A DNA stretch of 43,731 bases, counting the filler, from Jimgerdemannia flammicorona (lineage: Eukaryota), in assembly GCA_003990765.1 (NCBI GenBank). It is 2 parts of 2 records of this genome, joined end to end, with 100 filler letters (N's around TTAATTAATTAA, not from the genome) between each part and the next. Parts side by side here need not be neighbours in the genome. Positions count along the whole stretch, not along the records: positions 21,919 to 43,731 come from RBNJ01001387.1; 1 more part is not named here. One strand, 5' to 3'. Made by a program: the position numbers and the translations under genes. Shown here piece after piece: positions 37,603-43,731 of this stretch (its first letter is position 1; each line of letters opens with the position of its first letter). Below the pieces are notes generated by a model, which ran no database searches, was not told the origin of the DNA, and worked only from the letters and a program-made list of their open reading frames with translations.

Positions 37603-40600
37603 TTACACTTCAGGAGTAATTAAGGTACCAGCAGAATATAAAACATCCAGTGAATCACAATAGTCCAAGAGATGCTCTAAGTCTCTGCTATTTCTGATTT
37701 CCAACTCGTTCGTCATTACGTTCCAGGCCTGGATACTGTCCGCTCCTAGCTCGATGAGTAGCCTCACAACGTCAGCATGGCCGCCAGCAACAGCATAGAA
37801 CAACGGAGTTTTATGGAGCCAGTCCTTGGCCTCGATATCTGCTCCGAGCTCTGCAACGAGCAGTATCACGATATCGGCGTAGCCACCCCGAGCAGCCAAG
37901 TGCAACGGCGACCTACCCTTTTTGTCCCTTTCATTCGCACCAGCATTGAATTCAAAGGCAAGTATCTCCAATATACTTATTCGTCCGTTCGCTACAGCCA
38001 CGTGCAACGGGGGTTTGCCCATACCTATCCCTGATATCTACTTTTTCCGGATGTTGCTCCATGAGTGACCGTACAGATGTTCCCCGACCATGTTCAGCGG
38101 CACGATGTAAATACGGAATGGTAAAATCGAAATAGAATCGTCGGTGAAGTGTGTTGCTTTTTTGAGAGAGATATGCTGGGTCCAGTCTGCTGTTTTCGGC
38201 CATGTCATACCAACGTAGCGCAATTTCGTCGTTTTTTGAAACCCCACACGCTCCTTCGTAATAACATATTGCAAGGGTTTCCTGAGCATTTAAATGACCA
38301 TTCCTTGCTGCTTTGGTGCACCAGTAAATCTGCTTTTCGAGATCATTTACAACACCAAATCCTACTGCGTAGCAGAGGGCGGAGTAGAACTGTATCTCTG
38401 GATCGTTAGTTATGTCGGCATTGACATCGGTATATTTGTAGTTGAGGAAGTCACGGATTATTGGGTGCAAGGTATAGAACTCCGTGTCTTTTTCTATAAT
38501 TGTGGGGCGCCAGTCACCGAGCATTGGATCTTCCTTATATATACGCAGATTCAGCCAGCTATGTTGCCAAAGTTTGTGTAAATTGTCCACCACAAATGTT
38601 GCTGATGACGATATAGTACCAAGATTCAGAGCCCTCATCGCAAGCGTCGATGAAATAGGAATCTCAAACATCCTCAATTGACCAAGAAATGTTCTCAGTG
38701 TAGAATGTAGGTAATCAAAGCTGTAGTGAATGCAGATATTGATCGATTCGTGACGTTCGTTGCTTGAATATGGGTCTTCGGCTTTCGGAAGTCTATCATG
38801 TATATTGTTGATGAATTGTATGATAGGTTCCTTGCAGTTGTTGAATACACCTCCAAGAAGGCAGAGAGATAATGGGTGACCATATACAAGGTGACTAAGT
38901 TTCATTGCATCGTCATCATCAACGTCCTTTCTGCGGTGAGGAATCCATTGCCTAAACACCTGCATGCCGTCATGTGGAGTCAAGCCACCCAACTCCACCA
39001 ATTCTTCATTTGGCCAACCTATTGCGATTCTTGATGTTGCTAGAATCTTGACATTAATTGGCATTCGTTGGAAGAATCTCATCAAGACCTTTGCATCATT
39101 TCGTTTATCCAGATCTTCGTTATCGATTGCGTGTTTAACATCCTCCATGTTATCAAGATACAATAGAACATTTCCTTGGCTTTTCAACTTCCGAAGCACC
39201 TCAGCCTGTTGATCTTGTGGGTCTAAGTCCTTGATATCGAGATTGAGAAATCTTGCTATCTTCTGGATTACTTGACTTGATTTAGAGGTTTGAGCGAGAG
39301 ATAGTGCTAGAGCACTACATGCTTTGAAATTCTCGACCGCTTTGAGCGCCAACGACGTTTTGCCAATACCACCGAATCCATGGATGGTGATATAGTGAAC
39401 ATCATTTTTGCCTAGAAGTTGGTCTAATAAATTGAGCTCCTTTTCTCTACCAACAAATTTCCCATTCATGTGGACATCGACGAGTTCTTTTTTTGGCACG
39501 TCCATTTCTTCTTCATCTTGGTTGTTATTGTATGTCGGTGCTATTGGTAATTATTGAAACTTTTTTTTTCAGTAATCAAGTTTATTTACTCCTGTTTGAT
39601 CTTCGATAACACTTGTGAGAGTAAATTAATTGTCAGAATATGCATGCAATAACGGTAAATATATAATCAGACATTACCTGTAATGTGTATTTCAGATTGC
39701 ACGTTATCAGAATTTAACTCGCCAGATGGGACTACTGCCCTGATTATCCTGTGTGTCTTTTCCAGATAAACTTGCAAGATTTTGACGACTTTCATCATCA
39801 AAACTACAGCAGTCTTATCAGGAATTTCAGCCAACACGGTGTCAACCTTTTTGAAACACAGAATAAATGGCACTCTTTTATCTTCGACAATTGGTAAAAT
39901 TTGTTCTCTGCAAATCCGAGGAAAATTATCGTCGGTGGCGTCGGATATTGCGTATACGAAAACGACCAGCCGACGGAGTGCTACTGGCTTAGAGGTGGTG
40001 GTATTTTGGAGAATGTAGGTGTTGCCAGGTATATCAACAATATGAGCACCAGCGTTTCCGATGGAATAGTAAAGGACTCCATAAGTTCGATTCTTCACTT
40101 TACCGCCGGCGTTTGCTTGAATTTTACGGAGTTGCCAATCCAGCAATGTGGGTAATCCTGTATTGAAGAAGATTAGAAAATGTGCAGGGAGTGACTAAAT
40201 AGAATAGTTTTCGGTTCTCACCATATGCGGAGGATTCAACAACGCCCATTACAAATGTACTATCGAATAAGTCCGGTACCGCTAAGCAAAGTCGGAGTTT
40301 CAGCTCAACATTATGTCGCCTCACAGCTTCTCTAACAGCGATTTGAATTCTGTATTCTTCATCTCTTTCGAGCAACAATCCGCGATGGCATAGCTGTCGC
40401 AAAATATGAACAAAATCCTGAGTGCTACCAATTTTTTCATCAGATATTCCAGTGTAGTCAATAAAATATCCTATGAATTCCAGCACCCCTTCTGTGATTG
40501 GTCCGTTGAAGAGAGTACACATATATAACAATAGCCGTTGCTTCGCTTGAAGGTCATCGATTATTAACCGGAAACATTCCCTAAGGCTTTCACTTTCGCG

Positions 40601-42649
40601 AATCCGATCTGCAAATATTGCACTACAAAGATCAGCATCAATGTCACCTAATGCCATATGAAAATTTTGTGGTAGATTGACCGCGTCGGCAAGTATTTGT
40701 AGGGAAAGCGGATGTCCGTCCACAAAACTGACGAGGTTCTGTAGCAATTGCTCGGCATTTGGGTTCTTCATCCATTGCTCTTTAATATTGGCATCAATGT
40801 TTTCAGCGAATAATGCCACACCGCTGAAAATGTCCGCATGAATTAATCCCTCGAGTTGCATCGTTTCTTCCCTTGTGCATCGCAGCGGTACAACGGACGT
40901 CGCAAGAATTTTAACTGAAATGTCCGGAATCGATGCCACCCGCTCAATCCACTTCCACAACTCTAGGGCGTCCCGATTGTTCTGGCGCACCGCAAATTTC
41001 AACGTCTCCGAATGATCGAGAAATAACAAGGACGAAGGCCGGGCTTGGAACGACTCAATAATAGCAGTTCCCAATATTGTAACGTCGCCGTCAGCAATCA
41101 GTACCTGAAGCTCTGTGTTACATGGAAATAAGACATCCACTAGGCGCCTAAAATAGACCATAACCTTTGGAATGCGATCGAAGGTCCAACCAAAGATTCC
41201 ACCAGGGAAGAGATGAGTCATTCTTCCCAACGCCTCCATGGCCAACGCCGTCTTGCCCTGCCCACCTATGCCTTTGATAGTGTACGCGTGGCAAGCCTGT
41301 TCCCCGCGATTAGCCATTCGTCTCAAAACGTAGTTTAATTCGACAATCTCTTTCCTGCGTCCGTGAAATGTTGACGTGGCTGGTAATAACTTAAGATTGT
41401 TACGGGGTATATGGAGATCGACAAGGGGCTCACCCGTTTCGCACTCGAACGTGCCGTCAATTTCCCAAAACATGGACGAGTAAAGTATCATAGCACCTGG
41501 GAAGTAGTCGCGTTGTCGGACGTCATCGCCGTCTTGGAGGGATACACGTGCCCTCCACATTGCCATTTCGACGGAGTAACCGCCGGCAAGGAGCTGATAG
41601 AATTTGGACTCGAACCTGCGGGCGAGATCGTCAGGTATAGAACAATGCGAACCGATAGTGCACGGAATGCCATGTTCAAACAAGACTCGGGCGATATCGC
41701 GAGTTTCGCAGGCGGAAAGGAATGCGAGCCGCAGGTTTTTGGGCACACTGGCAAGGCGTAATGTATCTACAAATTCGAGTTCGCCAGTCTCGTTATCCTC
41801 AAAGATGAGGCACCTTTCCCCATTCATCTTACCGCAGTGTCCCATGAAATGAAGAACGGTGGCTGTCTCGGGTTTGTTCATGAGTAACGCGTCCATTTGA
41901 TCGACGGTCGGCGGGAATGCACGCTCCAACATTACTTTTTTGGTATTGGTGTAGTGTTTGTTGATGAAGTTCTGGAACTGATCCCTCAAATGCAAGTCTG
42001 GAAAATTCGCTTCGTAATCACCGGGGATAATGGGGTCCGGTACGACAGCAACTATGCGCAACTGAAGTTTAGGTAGCTGACGGTCCTTTCGTTGGTGTAC
42101 TCGTACAAACATATATTTGTGTGCCAGATACGCCTCTCCAGCCCACGTGTATTGCCAGGGGATGATATCTAGGTCACGGTCGCCGTTTAGGTCGAGCAGA
42201 ACCCGACCATATGGCGGTGATATTTCCTTAAGTATCTTCCGGGCGAGGCTCGATTCATCGGACGAAAAAAGGGACCTAAATAAAATCTTTCCGTAGTTTC
42301 TGAGGTGTCTCGGTAAGGGCTTTTTTTCGAAGACCTCAATAGCAATGGGGCGGCCGTTTTGACATTCTTGAAGGTCAAAAGAGTGGCTGTTGCCGAATTC
42401 GGGGGGGCCATCACCGGAGATAGATACCCGGACGTTGACTCTGACCTTGCCCCTGTTTCCTCGCTCGATATATTTTGACAAAGATAAAAGCATGAATGGC
42501 AAAAGTGTAATCGTTAAGAGTTTGCGAGACGGGGTGGTTGGAAATCGGCTAGGGTTGAACTGCGCCTCCCTACGATAACAGTCCTTTCCGATGACGTCAT
42601 CAAGTTGACATCTTGAATGTTGGTTAGTTTCATTAAATGAATAAACCAT
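37603..42649 (-). CDS. NLR-like multidomain protein: CHAT protease - NB-ARC - pseudo-GTPase - NB-ARC - Sel1 - ankyrin. Exons 42649-40222, 40157-39678, 39540-37603 with a 1-nt frameshift at 38009-38013 (~1614 aa corrected, 1498 aa as written)
   Basis: CHAT dyad HFMGHCG / FLSACET; P-loops GIGGQGKT and GFGGIGKT; Walker B LLFLDHSE / LLYLDNME; GHPLSL twice; two Sel1-like repeats; four ankyrin repeats; two GT-AG introns restore a continuous frame. The true N-terminus is uncertain and may include a further upstream intron. Confidence 0.85.
39541..39677 (-). other. Spliceosomal intron 2 (137 nt) of the CHAT-NLR gene
   Basis: ACAG|GTAATG ... CCAATAG|CACCG; splicing gives ...EIHITAPTYNNNQDEEEMDVPK, in frame with ORF 37952-39505. 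Confidence 0.8.
40158..40221 (-). other. Spliceosomal intron 1 (64 nt) of the CHAT-NLR gene
   Basis: TATG|GTGAGA ... CTAAT branch site ... TACAG|GATT; splicing gives ...ESSAYGLPTLLDWQLRK, in frame with ORF 39667-40146. Confidence 0.85.
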
Positions 42650-43731
42650 GCTTCAACACCCTCTATTATCCTTCAGAACGGTCCGGGTAATATTCCCTCC
42701 AAAGTCCAAATCCTATCTAGTTCAATTGCTTGGAGCTGTCACATTGAAAATGTGCCCTAATATCGTCGTCCTTAATGACACATGCGATCTCGCCTCAAAG
42801 GATCTAGTAACGTCTACAACATACAATGCATTCGACCTGGTCTCTATCATTGCCGGTCGTGGCATGCATTATTCTCCTCACCATTGTCCACCAAAACCAT
42901 GCCAACTACGAACACAATAGTCTAACAACGAAACAGAGAAAGTACGGTAGACTTGTGATTACTAACATCAAATCGCCCAATTTGACAATTTCAACATCAC
43001 CACAGAGTTATTTCCCCTTCGTAAAAGCTACAGCCGACTGAATCGTGGCAAAAATATTTTCAATATCTCATGGTCATAATATTTTTTTTATTATTTTTAT
43101 TTTTATTTTGGTATTCTGGTTTTAGCTGTTATTATCACATTTAGTTCTCCAATGTTGATGATCTAAAATTCATGAAATGTATTTAAGAATATAAGAAATA
43201 GAAAGTCATAGAAAAAAAATATTTATTTTCAGTATCTCTTAAAAATATTTGCAAGATGAAGTGATGATTTCTCAGCCTTATTATGCTTTTTCTGCCTTTT
43301 GAAATTCAACCTACACCTTTAATTAACTATTCCAGAATGTTATTATTGAATAAAACTACACTCAAAGCATGATGTCCTGCATTCAGACCTCCTTTCTCTG
43401 CTACCATACTGGTCACAAGATATTGGTGGACAACTCTCTGGATCTCTTTTCTCCTAACTTAACACCCTCTACCCTAGTGTGTTTTTCTGTACCTTTTGTA
43501 GAGTAGTGGAAGGAAGGCAATATTGTACACCTCAGGAAGATTACACATAAAGGCCAGGACTTTGTCTTCATTATTGATGATGTCTGGCAGCATAGTTGTA
43601 AGAGAATTCACTTGATTCATCAGATTGTCAATTCAATTGGCATAGTCTTGGATACTCTCTTTGGATGACTTTATTTAGAGATTAAACAGTTGTGCCTTTA
43701 AGTAGAATCAGTTGGATGTAGATGTTTTTTT

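Noticed and set aside
37603..43000. Gasdermin or amyloid-motif partner gene directly beside the CHAT-NLR
   Set aside because: No such ORF is visible within the window; the small ORFs at 42648-43041 have no recognisable features.
43330..43731. CpG-depleted stretch at the window end
   Set aside because: Probably the start of another TE, but no recognisable motif or terminus.

Overview
Eukaryotic, most likely fungal, genomic window. An early-diverging Mucoromycota/Endogonales-type genome is my inference from the TE repertoire, short GT-AG introns and gene style, and is not proven. Two CpG-rich host-gene islands (about 1-3.4 kb and 37.6-43 kb) flank a roughly 34 kb block of nested, mostly CpG-depleted, decayed retroelements. 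The block holds a DIRS1-type tyrosine-recombinase element, a minus-strand Ty3/gypsy element with a dUTPase that is split by a full-length LINE, an inverted pair of an unclassified 1.1 kb repeat around a 100-nt assembly gap, and a second plus-strand dUTPase-bearing Ty3/gypsy element inserted in a Ty1/copia relic, with a short LINE-type insertion in its 3' LTR. The most striking host feature is a minus-strand gene that the ORF track splits into four pieces. Two canonical introns and one 1-nt homopolymer frameshift join them into one ~1614-aa NLR-like protein: caspase-like CHAT protease - STAND/NB-ARC #1 - degenerate G-alpha/Arf-like GTPase fold - STAND/NB-ARC #2 - Sel1 repeats - ankyrin repeats. 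The left island holds a 177-aa orphan gene with an N-myristoylation motif and a pseudogenised tandem copy.
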